Shown: positions 46,462-56,859 of the stretch, piece after piece
How positions within the stretch are numbered: the stretch's first letter is position 1
Layout: each line of letters opens with the position of its first letter
Assembly: GCA_965207225.1 (NCBI GenBank)
Contig: CBDBLV010000005.1
Location: 1,536,001-1,600,000, forward strand
DNA length: 64,000 nt
Origin: Dehalococcoidia bacterium
GTDB lineage: Bacteria > Chloroflexota > Dehalococcoidia > Plut-88900
Reading direction: 5' to 3'
The notes under the pieces: model-generated
Told to the model about the DNA's origin: nothing
What the model saw: the letters and a program-made list of their open reading frames with translations, nothing else
The model's database searches: none
Made by a program: the position numbers and the translations under genes

Positions 46462-48110
46462 ATGAAGAAGCACTTCCAGCCCTTCACGCTGGCGGTGCTC
46501 TATACCAGGGTTCCCAGCGATAGGCAGGACCTCGACCTGTCCGTGTCCGCCTAGCTTCGGGCGCTCAAGGAGTACGCTAAGGCCAACGGCTACTCCGTGG
46601 CCAGGGAGTACGTGGACGAGGCCGAGAGCGGCCGAGTCGCAGACCGACCCCAGTTCAGGGAGATGATCGAGAAGGGTGGCAAGGCAAAGGCCCCCTTCGA
46701 GGTCATATTGGTCTGGAAATTCAGCCGCTTCACCAGGAAGCGGGAGCACACCGTGGCGTTCAAGGCCCAACTGCGGCACAAGGGCATCCCCGTGGTGCCC
46801 TCACCGAGCAGGCCGAGGACAGCACCACCGGCAGGTTGCTTGAGGGCATCATCGAGAGCGTGGATGTACATTACTCGGAGAATTTGGCACAGGAGATCGT
46901 CCGTGGGATGAGAGAGGCCGCATCGAGGGGCTTCTTCCCCGCTTCCGACGCCCCCTTCGGCGACAGGAAGACCAAGGTGCAGGACGGCCCCAAGGAGCGT
47001 CCCTCGCTGGAGATTGACCTAGCCACCGCCCCGGTAGTGAAGGAGATTTTCGAGAAATCCCTGCGGGGCAGCGGCCACAAGGAGCTGAACGACCGGGGCA
47101 TCACCAACAGGGGCAAGCGATGTTACAGGGGAACGCTCCACTACGTCCTGATGAACGAGGCGTATACCGGAACCGCCGTCTGGAGCAAAACCAGTAAGGA
47201 CGGACAGGCCCCGGACCCAGAACAAGTAGAGGGAGCGTGGCCCGCGCTGGTATCGATCGAGTTGTTCGACGAGGTTCAGCAGGCGATGAGCGAGCGCGCT
47301 CCGAAGGTGCAGAGGCTTGGCAGGGTGGGGAGCAAGTATCTCCTGAGCGGGCTGCTCAAGTGCGGGGTGTGCGGCAGGGCCTACTCAGCCCAGGGAGCCA
47401 AGAGCGGGCAGTTGGCCTACTACATCTGCGGCACCCTGTTCAGGGAGGGAGCGGGGACGTGCAGCGCCGGCTACCTGAACGCCCCGAAGTTGGAGACCTT
47501 CGCTGTGGAGAAGATCAGGGAGCGGATACTGAACGAGGAGACCATCATGGCCTTGGTGCAGCTTGTGGCCAAGGAGATCGACGCCATGGCCGGGGAGCTG
47601 TCTGGCAGGCTGGAGGTAGTCGAGGCCGAGCTATCCGACGTGCGGAAGCGCCTCGAAAAACTCTACGAGGCCATTGAGATCAGCGAGTTGACCCTTGAGG
47701 TCCTGTCGCCCCGAATCATGTCTCTGAGACACCGAGAGGAGCAGCTGGAGGCTGCGAGGGAGGACGCCGAGACCCAGCTTGAGCAGCGCCGGGTGGAGCT
47801 GCCCGACACCGAGGAGATAGCCCGGTACGTTGCAGACTTCCGGGAGTTCCTGAAGGACGGGACGATACCGGAGAAGAAGGTGCTCATCCGCAACTTCGTG
47901 GAGGGCATCAAGGTGGAGGGAGACGAGGCGACGCTGACGTACACGGTCCCCATGCCGAGCGACGGGGCGATGTCCGAATCGGCCTCGGTTCTTGATTTCA
48001 TCAAGTCCAGCCCACCAACCAGCATTGAAACCTTATTCCAAGAAAATCTCCCAATATGGATTTACTGGTCGTCAGCTTGGTCAAACATCACTCGAGTCCG
48101 CAACGCCTAG
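46462..48110 (+). pseudogene. Inactivated large serine recombinase
   Basis: YTRVP instead of YARVS, in-frame TAG at 46552, frameshift near 46800; later YLLSGLLKCGVCG Zn ribbon. Confidence 0.88.
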
Positions 48111-48190
48111 CAAATGCAGATTTGTGGTGTCGATTGTCTTGCAGGCCACTTAGGCCTGCTACTTGGCTCGTGGGCCGATGCCTGTCATAT

Positions 48191-48490
48191 CTATAGCTGC
48201 CGCCTGTTGCCTAGGGGTGGCTCATCGGGCAGATCCCTGTGAGGAATCATGAGTACGCTATCCCGTAGACCCATGCTTTCAGCCAAGGTCAACAGATGGA
48301 ATAGGTGGGCGGCACCGGGTACAACGCCCCTAAACCGCCATTGCCTGATCCTGTAGGAGCTAACTCCAAGAATCTGGGCCAAATGCCTCCAGGAGAATCC
48401 GCTAACATCTTTAAACTGCGCGAGCCGTTGCGGAAAATCTTCGGGAAAACTCAACTTGGCGGATCTATGGACCTTCCGTTGGACTCCCAA
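48191..48490 (-). CDS. XRE-type HTH protein
   Basis: FPEDFPQRL..SGFSWRHLAQILGVSSYRIRQWR. Confidence 0.75.
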   Translation of the reverse strand: MGVQRKVHRSAKLSFPEDFPQRLAQFKDVSGFSWRHLAQILGVSSYRIRQWRFRGVVPGAAHLFHLLTLAESMGLRDSVLMIPHRDLPDEPPLGNRRQL

Positions 48491-48494
48491 GATA

Positions 48495-48866
48495 CTATCC
48501 CTGCACCTTCTTCACGCCGGGACCCGCTGCAACATTTGGCATGAAAGCCTCTCTGAAGCTGGCTCCTCCAACCAAGGCATCCTGTACCCGCTGTTCAGGC
48601 AAGGGGATGTCCGTCCCTAGTAAGATATGGACCCCTCCCGGAAACCTGGACGCCAGGGTAAAGAGGCCGAACAGTGCATCTCCACAAGGCTTGGCGCCGT
48701 GCCGCCAGCGCCGGAGCTGTCGAGGGTCTACGCCCATACAGTAGGCCATACCGTCCCAGGTGAGGCGGCTGATCCTCTTGAAGTATTCCAGACGGTCCAC
48801 GAAGTCATCCGGAAGAAATGGTAGACAGTGCAGGGTCTCTGGAGGTTGTTGGGATTTGCGGCTCAT
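48495..48866 (-). CDS. XRE-type HTH protein, paralog of 48191
   Basis: LPDDFVDRL..LTWDGMAYCMGVDPRQLRRWR. Confidence 0.75.
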   Translation of the reverse strand: MSRKSQQPPETLHCLPFLPDDFVDRLEYFKRISRLTWDGMAYCMGVDPRQLRRWRHGAKPCGDALFGLFTLASRFPGGVHILLGTDIPLPEQRVQDALVGGASFREAFMPNVAAGPGVKKVQG

Positions 48867-49102
48867 TCGACGAGCTCCAGAATAAACAGGTCATCAAAAC
48901 TGTTTATGCCAAGGACCTCCTGAAGATGCTTGCGCATCTCGGCCGATGGGCAACGTGTGCCTGTCATCAACTGGGAGAGATATCCCGAAGTGATGCCGAG
49001 CTTGCGAGCCAGCGCGTTCTGGCTCATGTTGAGTTGATCGATGCGATCCCAGACGCAACGTTGATTTAGCCTGACCTTTGCGGCAGGGCGTCGTCCTTTC
49101 AT
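48863..49102 (-). CDS. Cro-like XRE HTH protein
   Basis: MSQNALARKLGITSGYLSQLMTG; AGGAGG RBS. Confidence 0.85.
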   Translation of the reverse strand: MKGRRPAAKVRLNQRCVWDRIDQLNMSQNALARKLGITSGYLSQLMTGTRCPSAEMRKHLQEVLGINSFDDLFILELVE

Positions 49103-49400
49103 GTGAACTCCTCCTTAACAGCGCGGTCCTCACCTGCGGGTGCCACACCAGCGTCATATATTGCTAACCAAGGATGATGACCGAGGAGTGACGGGTCGTA
49201 GCGCGGGGTTTAACGCAGGGTGAGATTTGTATTCTTGGCATTTGCATTTCCTCCCGCCCCGTGGCTGTGCGTCTGATTTTCCTCACCTTGATATCGTCTC
49301 CCCCGAAATTCGTCATTCTCCGGGGCTGGTACGCCGAAGCAGACGAGTGTATGATTCAATGCATAGAACAAACTCTCTATGTGGCTGCAGTCTAACAAAA

Positions 49401-49464
49401 ATGCTTGCATTTATGCAATAACGGAGAAGCTAATTAGCAAGTAATACACCAAATATGCTTGCAT
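49401..49464. promoter_or_regulatory. Candidate operators of divergent Cro/ImmR-like switch
   Basis: ATGCTTGCAT at 49401 and 49455; palindromes TTGCATTTATGCAA and GCTAATTAGC in AT-rich spacer. Confidence 0.45.
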
Positions 49465-49541
49465 ACATGTTACAATAGATGGCAGATGGGCGTTACAATC
49501 TCACTCATACAAGAACCACAGAATCTAAATGGAGAGTTGCC

Positions 49542-49949
49542 ATGAACGAAGAAGCCGAACGCCAAGATGAGGACGTCGGCGAGATGCTGAGGAGGCTTAG
49601 GGGGAATAGAAGCCTTCGGGGCGTCCAACGCCTGACTGGCATCTCTAACGCGTACCTGTCCCAGGTCGAAAAAGGCGACCGACGTCCCGGTCCCAGGGTC
49701 CTGAGCAGACTAGCGGCCCTGTACGGGGTAAGGCTCCAGGAACTGCTGAGGAAGGCCGGTCACCTCGACATAGAAGGAGAGGAACCAGAGGTCGACGTAG
49801 CCGCGGAGGTGGAGAGAGGTTACCAGTACGTGATGTCCGACCCTGTATTCAGGGTTGGCACGAGACCGAGGGGTCCGCTCTCTTTGGAGACCAAGAGATT
49901 CATAGTCGAATTGTACGAACGTTACACGGGAAAGAGATTGCTTCAATGA
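49542..49949 (+). CDS. ImmR-like XRE repressor
   Basis: SLRGVQRLTGISNAYLSQVEKG; coupled to ImmA-like gene. Confidence 0.85.
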   Translation: MNEEAERQDEDVGEMLRRLRGNRSLRGVQRLTGISNAYLSQVEKGDRRPGPRVLSRLAALYGVRLQELLRKAGHLDIEGEEPEVDVAAEVERGYQYVMSDPVFRVGTRPRGPLSLETKRFIVELYERYTGKRLLQ

Positions 49950-50905
49950 ACAGCGCCATGCTTGACCACTTTTGCCATAGCCTTGCTGGCAGCCGGACCC
50001 GCCCCGAAAAGCTCGCACCGGGCGAGTTGGCCCGGAGGTTCGTCGGGCACTTCGGGTTCTCGTCGTTTCCCCGAATGGGTGAAATGGTGAGGGTACTGAG
50101 AAGTGCCGGAATAGAGACCGTGGCGGACCCCAAACTGGACAAAGGGCTCAGGGGAATGCACGTGGGTAGTAGCAACGGGACCTACGTTATCAGGTACGAT
50201 GCCGCCGAGACGGAAGGGACCCAGGAGCACACGGTGTTCCACGAGACATACGAGATCATCCGTGAACGGTTGACTGATCTTCATCCTGAAATCGAACGTC
50301 CCCAAGGTTCTTCTCTGTGCCGTCAGGCCGACCGGTTCGCCGCCGCGGCCCTCATTCAGCCAGGCTTCTTCGCCCTCTTTTCCGAGACCACCGGTCTCGA
50401 CGTGATTGCCCTTCAGCGAACATATGGCCGCGCCTACTCTTCGTTGACCATCCGGTTGGCCGAGGTAATGCGTCATCAGCCGCTGCTGGCAGTTCTGTAC
50501 GAGCGCCAGGGATCCAATGATCCTTCCCGGTGGGCTGCACGTCCTTCGCCGGAAGAATTCACAGCAACCGTGGTGGCCCGGACGCCGGGATTCAGGTTAA
50601 GGACCGTCAAAAGCCCACTGTCGACACTTCGGGGGCTGCTCCCTCGAAGAGGTTCGCCTCCAGCACAGTGTTCGATAGCGGAGAGAATGGTACTGACCGA
50701 CAGGTCGGCATACGTTGAGCGGGTCACGGGCTACGACCTTTGGAATGCCGACGACATCACGGTAGCCGGAAGGCTGGTCCACTGGCACGGGCGACTGGCC
50801 AAGATCTCCCTGGTCGCGGTGCCTTACAGGGACCGCAAGGTCATTGCCCCTCAGCTGAACAGGGTCTCCTTTGAACACATCCCCCATGCTCACCAGATTG
50901 TCTAG
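49946..50905 (+). CDS. ImmA/IrrE-like metallopeptidase-domain protein, variant motif
   Basis: EHTVFHETYE..QADRFAAAAL; follows XRE gene. Confidence 0.7.
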   Translation: MNSAMLDHFCHSLAGSRTRPEKLAPGELARRFVGHFGFSSFPRMGEMVRVLRSAGIETVADPKLDKGLRGMHVGSSNGTYVIRYDAAETEGTQEHTVFHETYEIIRERLTDLHPEIERPQGSSLCRQADRFAAAALIQPGFFALFSETTGLDVIALQRTYGRAYSSLTIRLAEVMRHQPLLAVLYERQGSNDPSRWAARPSPEEFTATVVARTPGFRLRTVKSPLSTLRGLLPRRGSPPAQCSIAERMVLTDRSAYVERVTGYDLWNADDITVAGRLVHWHGRLAKISLVAVPYRDRKVIAPQLNRVSFEHIPHAHQIV

Positions 50906-51114
50906 CCTAGTGAGAGTTGTGTAATTCGGATACTGCCTGGTACCGACTCTCAGTCCGAAAGAGGTATGTCCGCGGTGATCAGTCACGAAGTCGCCCGGGT
51001 TGTACCGGTGCACTCTTTCCCTCCCTTGGTGGTATCGCCAGCCTGGTCGAATATGGCGAGGCTGTAGCCGGGTACCCCATCACACAGAATCAGACAACAT
51101 TAAGAGGTAAAGTC

Positions 51115-51324
51115 ATGCAAGACAGACTGTTAAGGCGTCGACAGGTTGAAGAGATTACTGGCATGAGCCGTTCCGCCATCTACAAGAGGATGCAGGAAGG
51201 TGAGTTCCCCAGGCCGGTGAGAATCGGTCCCTCCGCCGTCAGGTGGAGGACAAGCGACATCGCGGCCTGGGTGGAGTCTCGGCCGGTAGCCACAGGTGAA
51301 TTTGACAGGCCTAGCGCGGCCTAG
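51115..51324 (+). CDS. alpA: AlpA family excisionase/regulator
   Basis: RLLRRRQVEEITGMSRSAIYKRMQEGEFPRPVRIG..VRW. Confidence 0.92.
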   Translation: MQDRLLRRRQVEEITGMSRSAIYKRMQEGEFPRPVRIGPSAVRWRTSDIAAWVESRPVATGEFDRPSAA

Positions 51325-52530
51325 TCAGGAACCAAACAACTGGAGAGCGAGTTCGGCCTTTCCGTTTCGACGACCATCGCAACTGCTGGTCACGTAGTCC
51401 GCCCATTGCTGCATCAGTGTGCGCCGGCGCTCGAACAAATCGGACCTGGCATAGGCCTGCTCGGTTGAATTGCCCAGGCTGTGAGCGAGGGCTGCCTCGG
51501 AGACCACCCAGGGCGTATCAGTCTGTTCAAGCGTCCAGTTCTTGAAACTGCTGCGGAACCCGTGGACGGTGGCACGTTTCGCCAGTCCGACGGAACGCAG
51601 GACCTTCGTCAGAGTCATGTCGGACATCGGCACCCCCGGCTTAAGTGGAGACGGGAACACCAGCCCCGAATCTTCACGCAATGCGGAAGCTGCTTCGAGC
51701 AAGCGGAGAGACTGCTCACTAAGAGGTACACGGTGTTCCATGCCCGCCTTCATCCGCGCAGACGGGATACGCCATTCCTTGCCTTCCAGGTCGATCTCGT
51801 CCCAGGTTGCACCCCTGGCTTCGCCTGAGCGTGCCGCGGTCAGTACCAGGAACCGAAGGCAGAGTTTGGCGGACATCGAGGAGAGGGAATCTTCAACCTT
51901 ATCCAGAGCCATCCCAACCTCCTTGTAAGGTAGTGACCTGAAATGAGCCTTCACCTTCGGCATCGGAGGCAGGGCGCCATCAATAGCCTCACCAGCAGGG
52001 TTGGTTTCAATAAACCCATGAGCCATTGCCCACCGGAACACAGACCGCATCCGTTGGCGCACGCGTCTTGCCGTCTCAGGACGGGTAGTCCAAATGGGAG
52101 TGAGAACCCGCAGCACGTCTCCTCGATCTATCTCGTCCACGGGCGTGTTGCCCAGTGCCGGCATCGCGTGGCGTTCCAGGGTCTGGATCCATCCGGCCGC
52201 GTGCCGGGCGTTGCGCCACCGCGGCTTGTTGGTCTTGTGAACGGCGTGGGCGGCTTCTCTGAAGGTGGGCATCGCAGGTGCGCGCTTTTCGGCCACCGGG
52301 TCCCGGCCCTCGGCGATGACGTCACGGTACCCCGTAGCTTTTTCCCGGGCCCTGGCGAGGCTGACTGACGGGTATCCCCCCAGTCCGATATCCCGGCGTC
52401 GTCCATTGACGGTGATACGCAGAACCCAAGATTTCCGGCCCGCTTTGGTGATGAAGAGGTGTAGGCCGCCTCCATCGGAGTAGCGACCAGGAACACTCAG
52501 GGCCTTGACTTGAGTTGCGGAAAGGGTCAC
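51325..52530 (-). CDS. P4-like tyrosine integrase
   Basis: YSDGGGLHL arm-binding domain; TAARSGE, HGFRSSF, LAH, AYARSD catalytic residues. Confidence 0.95.
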   Translation of the reverse strand: MTLSATQVKALSVPGRYSDGGGLHLFITKAGRKSWVLRITVNGRRRDIGLGGYPSVSLARAREKATGYRDVIAEGRDPVAEKRAPAMPTFREAAHAVHKTNKPRWRNARHAAGWIQTLERHAMPALGNTPVDEIDRGDVLRVLTPIWTTRPETARRVRQRMRSVFRWAMAHGFIETNPAGEAIDGALPPMPKVKAHFRSLPYKEVGMALDKVEDSLSSMSAKLCLRFLVLTAARSGEARGATWDEIDLEGKEWRIPSARMKAGMEHRVPLSEQSLRLLEAASALREDSGLVFPSPLKPGVPMSDMTLTKVLRSVGLAKRATVHGFRSSFKNWTLEQTDTPWVVSEAALAHSLGNSTEQAYARSDLFERRRTLMQQWADYVTSSCDGRRNGKAELALQLFGS

Positions 52531-52553
52531 GGATGCCTCCTTCAGTCGTGAAA

Positions 52554-52575
52554 TGTTACCACCAATATTACCACA
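52554..52575. other. Candidate integrase arm-type binding repeats
   Basis: TGTTACCACCAATATTACCACA (TTACCAC twice) between int start and tRNA. Confidence 0.45.
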
Positions 52576-52689
52576 TCTGAAGCGAGTAACCAAGGGATTA
52601 ACAGGGTGTCAGAGGGCAGTAGGGGAAGGATTATTAGCTATAAAGCAAGCGTGAGTCAGGAAAATGATGGCCAACGAAAAAGGGGGTGT

Positions 52690-52781
52690 TGGCGGAGAGG
52701 GTGGGATTCGAACCCACGAGAGAGCTTCCGCCCCCTACGCGATTTCCAGTCGCGCCTGTTCGGCCACTCCAGCACCTCTCC
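52690..52781 (-). tRNA. tRNA-Ser(GGA)
   Basis: GGAGAGG acceptor stem, anticodon loop CTGGAAA, long variable arm, GGTTCGAATCC, encoded CCA. Confidence 0.97.
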
Positions 52782-53012
52782 GGGACCCGGGCTCAGGCCC
52801 GGAATTCCGAGGTCAAATGATAGCATTGCGCGGGCCGAAAGATAAGGTGTCGGGGACGGGGGAAGGGAATGGCGAGTCGAATGCAGCGACGAAAACACAT
52901 TGTGCAAATGCTGGCAGTCGCAAAGGGTTGCATCTATAATCCGGTACTGTGCTGACGGTCGCGATGAGCACCCCGACGATTCCAAACCCGACTTGAATAC
53001 CGAGGCCTGACG

Positions 53013-54329
53013 ATGGCACATCACCACGGATCCCCCTTCGACCACGCCGAGAAAGACACTCCCGTCCGAAGGACGGCGAGCTTCATTTTGGCGGGGTTGA
53101 GCGGGGGCCACGGGATCTTCCACTGGTTCAACCAGAGCTTCCTCGTGATGTTGCCGGACATCCAGGACGCCTTCGGGCTGAGCAAGGTGCAGGTAGGGGC
53201 GATAACGGCGACACGGGAGATAGCCGGTGGGCTGGTGATGCTGCCCAGCGGGATTATCCTGGACGTTCTCAGACCGTACTGGGGCGTGGCCCTGAGCCTG
53301 TGTATGTTGGCGTTTGGGCTGGGGTGGATCCTCACGGGGCTTTCCCCGATCTACCCGGTGATCTTGGTCGGCATGGTCATAGTGTCGGTGGCGAGCTCCA
53401 TCTGGCACTTGCCGGCTATGGGCGCTCTCTCCCACCACTTTGAACATCGCAAGGGGACGGCGCTGTCATTTCACGGGATAGGCGGGAGCCTGGGCGATTT
53501 CATAGGGCCTCTGGCCACGGGTGCGATCCTGACTGTGATGAGCTGGCGGGGGATCATAAGCGTTTACGCCGTCGTGCCCTTGACCCTGACGTTCATCGTG
53601 TTCTGGGCATTCCGGGACATCGGGACGAAGGGAGTGCCGAGGCACCGGGAGAGGGGTGTTGGGGAACAGCTGCAGATGACCAAGCAGCTGTTGAAGAGCA
53701 TCACGCTGTGGATAGTCATGTTCGTGGCGGGGCTGCGGGGCATGGCCTACCTGGCCGTGGTGACCTTCCTTCCCATATACATGGATGAGTCCCTGGAGTT
53801 CGGTACGTTCAGGGTCGGGTTCTACATCGGGATGCTGGTATTCATAGGCATCCTCGCAACGCCGACCCTGGGATACCTGTCCGACCGAATAGGCAGGAAG
53901 GTGGTAATTGTCCCGTCTCTCCTGGCGATGACGGCGGTCTCCTTCCTGCTCGCGCCCTACGGCGAGGGATGGCAGTTCACCACGCTGATAGCGCTGCTGG
54001 GCCTGTTCCTTTACAGCGACCAACCGATATTGACGGCGGCGGCCCTGGACATGGTCGAACCGGAGAGTCAGGGGTCGATGCTGGGGATATTGTCCTTCGA
54101 GAGGATTGCGCTGGGCGGCCTGTCACCAATATTTGCTGGGCTGATCTACGACCACTGGGGTATGGACTACGTGTTCTACTATGCGGCGGGACTACTGGTA
54201 GCATCAGCGACGCTGCTGATGACTGTAAAGCTAGGGGGTCGGGAAAAGTTTGTGAGAGATGGGCAGGGCCACGGGCATGATCACGGGCACAGACATGAAG
54301 ATGAACATGGGCACGGGCATGGCCATTGA
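53013..54329 (+). CDS. MFS transporter with His-rich termini
   Basis: About 12 TMs, GYLSDRIGRK motif, GHGHDHGH tail. Confidence 0.9.
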   Translation: MAHHHGSPFDHAEKDTPVRRTASFILAGLSGGHGIFHWFNQSFLVMLPDIQDAFGLSKVQVGAITATREIAGGLVMLPSGIILDVLRPYWGVALSLCMLAFGLGWILTGLSPIYPVILVGMVIVSVASSIWHLPAMGALSHHFEHRKGTALSFHGIGGSLGDFIGPLATGAILTVMSWRGIISVYAVVPLTLTFIVFWAFRDIGTKGVPRHRERGVGEQLQMTKQLLKSITLWIVMFVAGLRGMAYLAVVTFLPIYMDESLEFGTFRVGFYIGMLVFIGILATPTLGYLSDRIGRKVVIVPSLLAMTAVSFLLAPYGEGWQFTTLIALLGLFLYSDQPILTAAALDMVEPESQGSMLGILSFERIALGGLSPIFAGLIYDHWGMDYVFYYAAGLLVASATLLMTVKLGGREKFVRDGQGHGHDHGHRHEDEHGHGHGH

Positions 54330-54443
54330 ACGCAGTCACTCAAATGCTCTTGAAGAATTCGGGGTATGCTCCAGATTTGCTCTCATTGACTGACGTCTAC
54401 ACGTGCTGAGCCCCGTAAAGGCCCACCCTCAGAATCTGCACGA

Positions 54444-54470
54444 CCCTTCGACCCTGCCCAGGATGAGCGG
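54444..54470. repeat. Short REP-like intergenic element
   Basis: CCCTTCGACCCTGCCCAGGATGAGCGG resembles 62801-62828. Confidence 0.35.
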
Positions 54471-54562
54471 ACTCTGCCCCGCCTCTGTATCAGGCATCTC
54501 GAAGAGAAAAACAGAATCAGACCTCTTTACGGGGGATATACAAGAGGGTGTTGGAGGAATGC

Positions 54563-55654
54563 ATGAGGGTTGAGAAGGCTTCTTATCTACGGGAGGTGTA
54601 CAGGGCGCTAGGTCGTGGGTTCGGGGCGTCGGAGGAGGAAACGAGACTGTTCGCGGAGCCCTTTGTACAGGCCGACCTGTTCGGGAAGGACACCCAGGGA
54701 ATTGCGTGTATCGACCTCGTGTATCCATGGGTTAAGAGCGGGGCATTGCAATTCGGTACGCCCTTGGAGATAGTGAGCGAAGGTCCTTCATATGCGTTGC
54801 TGGACGGGAACGGGGGCCCGGGCCAGATTACGGCTACGAGGGCGATGGAGGTAGCAATAGAGAAGGCAAGGGAGTCGACTGTGGGGCTGGTGTGGGTGCG
54901 GAACACCAACGATTTCACCATGGCGTCGGCATACGCGATAAGGGCGCTGGAGTACGACTTCATAGGGCTGGCGATGAGCAACGGGGTGCCCTTAGTGTCG
55001 GGGTGGGGAGGACGGGAGCCGATATTCAACACGAATCCCTTGGCCTTTGTCATACCCGCGGGAGACGAGAGGCCGATCATATTCGATGGGGCGATGAGCT
55101 CGGTATCGCACGGCCGGGTGGTGCTTTCGGCGAGGGACAGGTTGTCGATGGCGGATGATCCCCTCGTTGGAACGGATGGCGTGCGAACGGGCGACCCAAT
55201 GCCGTTGATAGTCGACCCCATGAGCCGGAACTCTGAGCAACTGGGAGCGATACTACCGCTGGGCCCGAAGGGGATGGGGTGGCTGTTATTTGTAGATGTG
55301 CTGGCTGGAATAGCATCGGGGGGCACGACGGGTAAGAGCGTCCCACATGACCCAACGCCCGATGAACCGTGGACCGGTGGATTCTTCCTGATGGCGGTGA
55401 ATGTCGGGAACTTGCAGCCACTGGATGAATTCAAGGTCAAGGTTGATGAGATGATCAGGAATGTGAAGGAGTCCGAGACTGCGGAGGAGTTCGATGAAAT
55501 CGTGCTTCCGGGGGAGCGGGCGCAACTGGAATACGAGCGGAGGTCTCGGGAGGGAGTGCCGGTGAGGGAGGAACACTGGGAGCAGGTGGTCAGGATAGGC
55601 AAAGAGCTCGGGGTGGACGTGGAGGGGTTGAGGACGCGAACCACCCAGGGGTGA
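54563..55654 (+). CDS. Ldh_2 family oxidoreductase
   Basis: ADLFGKDTQG, LDGNGGPG, FNTNPLAF, LPLGPKGMG, LPGE. Confidence 0.9.
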   Translation: MRVEKASYLREVYRALGRGFGASEEETRLFAEPFVQADLFGKDTQGIACIDLVYPWVKSGALQFGTPLEIVSEGPSYALLDGNGGPGQITATRAMEVAIEKARESTVGLVWVRNTNDFTMASAYAIRALEYDFIGLAMSNGVPLVSGWGGREPIFNTNPLAFVIPAGDERPIIFDGAMSSVSHGRVVLSARDRLSMADDPLVGTDGVRTGDPMPLIVDPMSRNSEQLGAILPLGPKGMGWLLFVDVLAGIASGGTTGKSVPHDPTPDEPWTGGFFLMAVNVGNLQPLDEFKVKVDEMIRNVKESETAEEFDEIVLPGERAQLEYERRSREGVPVREEHWEQVVRIGKELGVDVEGLRTRTTQG

Positions 55655-55682
55655 GGTACGGGACCCCGAGATCAAGGAGAGA

Positions 55683-55925
55683 TTACTCGGGGATGTGGGG
55701 CTTGCGGTCGGGCTTTGCGGATTCGGAGCATAGAGGCTCCTTGGCGTCCTGGACCACTTTCTCAACTTCGGAGGAAGACCTCTTGAACTCGCGGATGCCC
55801 TTGCCCAAGGCGCCGCCGATTTCCGGCAGCTTGCCAACGCCAAAGATGATAATGACGATGACAAGTATGACGAGGATCTCCGGCAACCCTATTCCCGGGC
55901 CTCCGATGAAGGCGCTCAAGGGCAT
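55683..55925 (-). CDS. tatA: Twin-arginine translocase TatA/E
   Basis: IIFGVGKLPEIGGALGKGIREFK. Confidence 0.93.
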   Translation of the reverse strand: MPLSAFIGGPGIGLPEILVILVIVIIIFGVGKLPEIGGALGKGIREFKRSSSEVEKVVQDAKEPLCSESAKPDRKPHIPE

Positions 55926-56051
55926 ATTTTTGTCCCCCTAGAGGAGAGAAGTGTGAATCAATGATAATAGGCGCCGCGATGGGAGTCAACCAAAGCCTTT
56001 CATCCTGCCGCAGGAATCGAGATTGACAGGCCGTCAGACAAGGTGTAATTG

Positions 56052-56855
56052 ATGAACAGAAATGTGATAGCTCTGGACTTTGACGGGGTGATATGCGACA
56101 GCGCGGCGGAGTGCGTGGTGTCGGCGTATGGGGCTTACGTTGAGGCCAAGGGAGAGGCGTTCGATCCCATGGAATCGGTGGTGCCGGACTACTTCAGAGA
56201 TGGGTTCTACCGGCTGAGGCCTCTGATCCGGGACGGTCGGGACTACGTGATGATCCTGTACCTCCTGGACCTGGGTGTAGAGATAGAGAACCAGGAGGAT
56301 TTCGACCACGAACTGGAGACCCGGCTGCCGGACCTCCTCAACTTATTCGGGGTGGAGGATGGGCCGGGGCTGGAGGCTGCGTTCCAGAAGTACCGGGCGG
56401 GATTCAGGGGTCGGGACGAGGAGGGGTGGATGGACAGGAATCGACTCTATGAAGGCATGGTGGAATCCTTAAGTCGACGGGAGGGTGACTTTGGGGAGAT
56501 ATTCGTAACCACGTCCAAGCCAAGCACTGTCGCCCGAGGAATATTGGAACACAAGGGATTCGTGCTGCCGGAGGGCCATGTACTTGGTAAGGACATGGTG
56601 GGCAGGTCGCCGGACAAGAACGTGCACATGCGGCTGGTGACCGAGGCGTCGAGAGTGAGGTACGAGGACATCCATTTTGTGGACGACCAGGTGGCACACC
56701 TGGAGTCTGCGATGGGCTTGGCAGTCAACTGCTACCTGGCGTCGTATGGGTATACGACGGAGAAGCAGGTGAGGAAAGCCCGGGAGTTGGGGATCAGGGT
56801 GCTTGAGGAGACGGAGTTGGCGGGGTGGATGGGTGGGGTGTTGGGTGGTGGATAA
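56052..56855 (+). CDS. HAD family hydrolase
   Basis: ALDFDGVICDS, TTSK, FVDD. Confidence 0.88.
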   Translation: MNRNVIALDFDGVICDSAAECVVSAYGAYVEAKGEAFDPMESVVPDYFRDGFYRLRPLIRDGRDYVMILYLLDLGVEIENQEDFDHELETRLPDLLNLFGVEDGPGLEAAFQKYRAGFRGRDEEGWMDRNRLYEGMVESLSRREGDFGEIFVTTSKPSTVARGILEHKGFVLPEGHVLGKDMVGRSPDKNVHMRLVTEASRVRYEDIHFVDDQVAHLESAMGLAVNCYLASYGYTTEKQVRKARELGIRVLEETELAGWMGGVLGGG

Positions 56856-56859
56856 GAAA

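Larger units (their letters stand above)
1..52690. mobile_element. Composite ICE/genomic island integrated at tRNA-Ser 3' end (left end outside window)
   Basis: Tyrosine integrase and AlpA abut the tRNA 3' end; T4SS, coupling protein, relaxase, SSB, primase and defence cargo inside; housekeeping genes resume at 53013. Confidence 0.85.

Noticed and set aside
1-52689. Second copy of the tRNA-Ser 3' end (distal att)
   Set aside because: Not found by eye in the window; the island probably extends left of position 1
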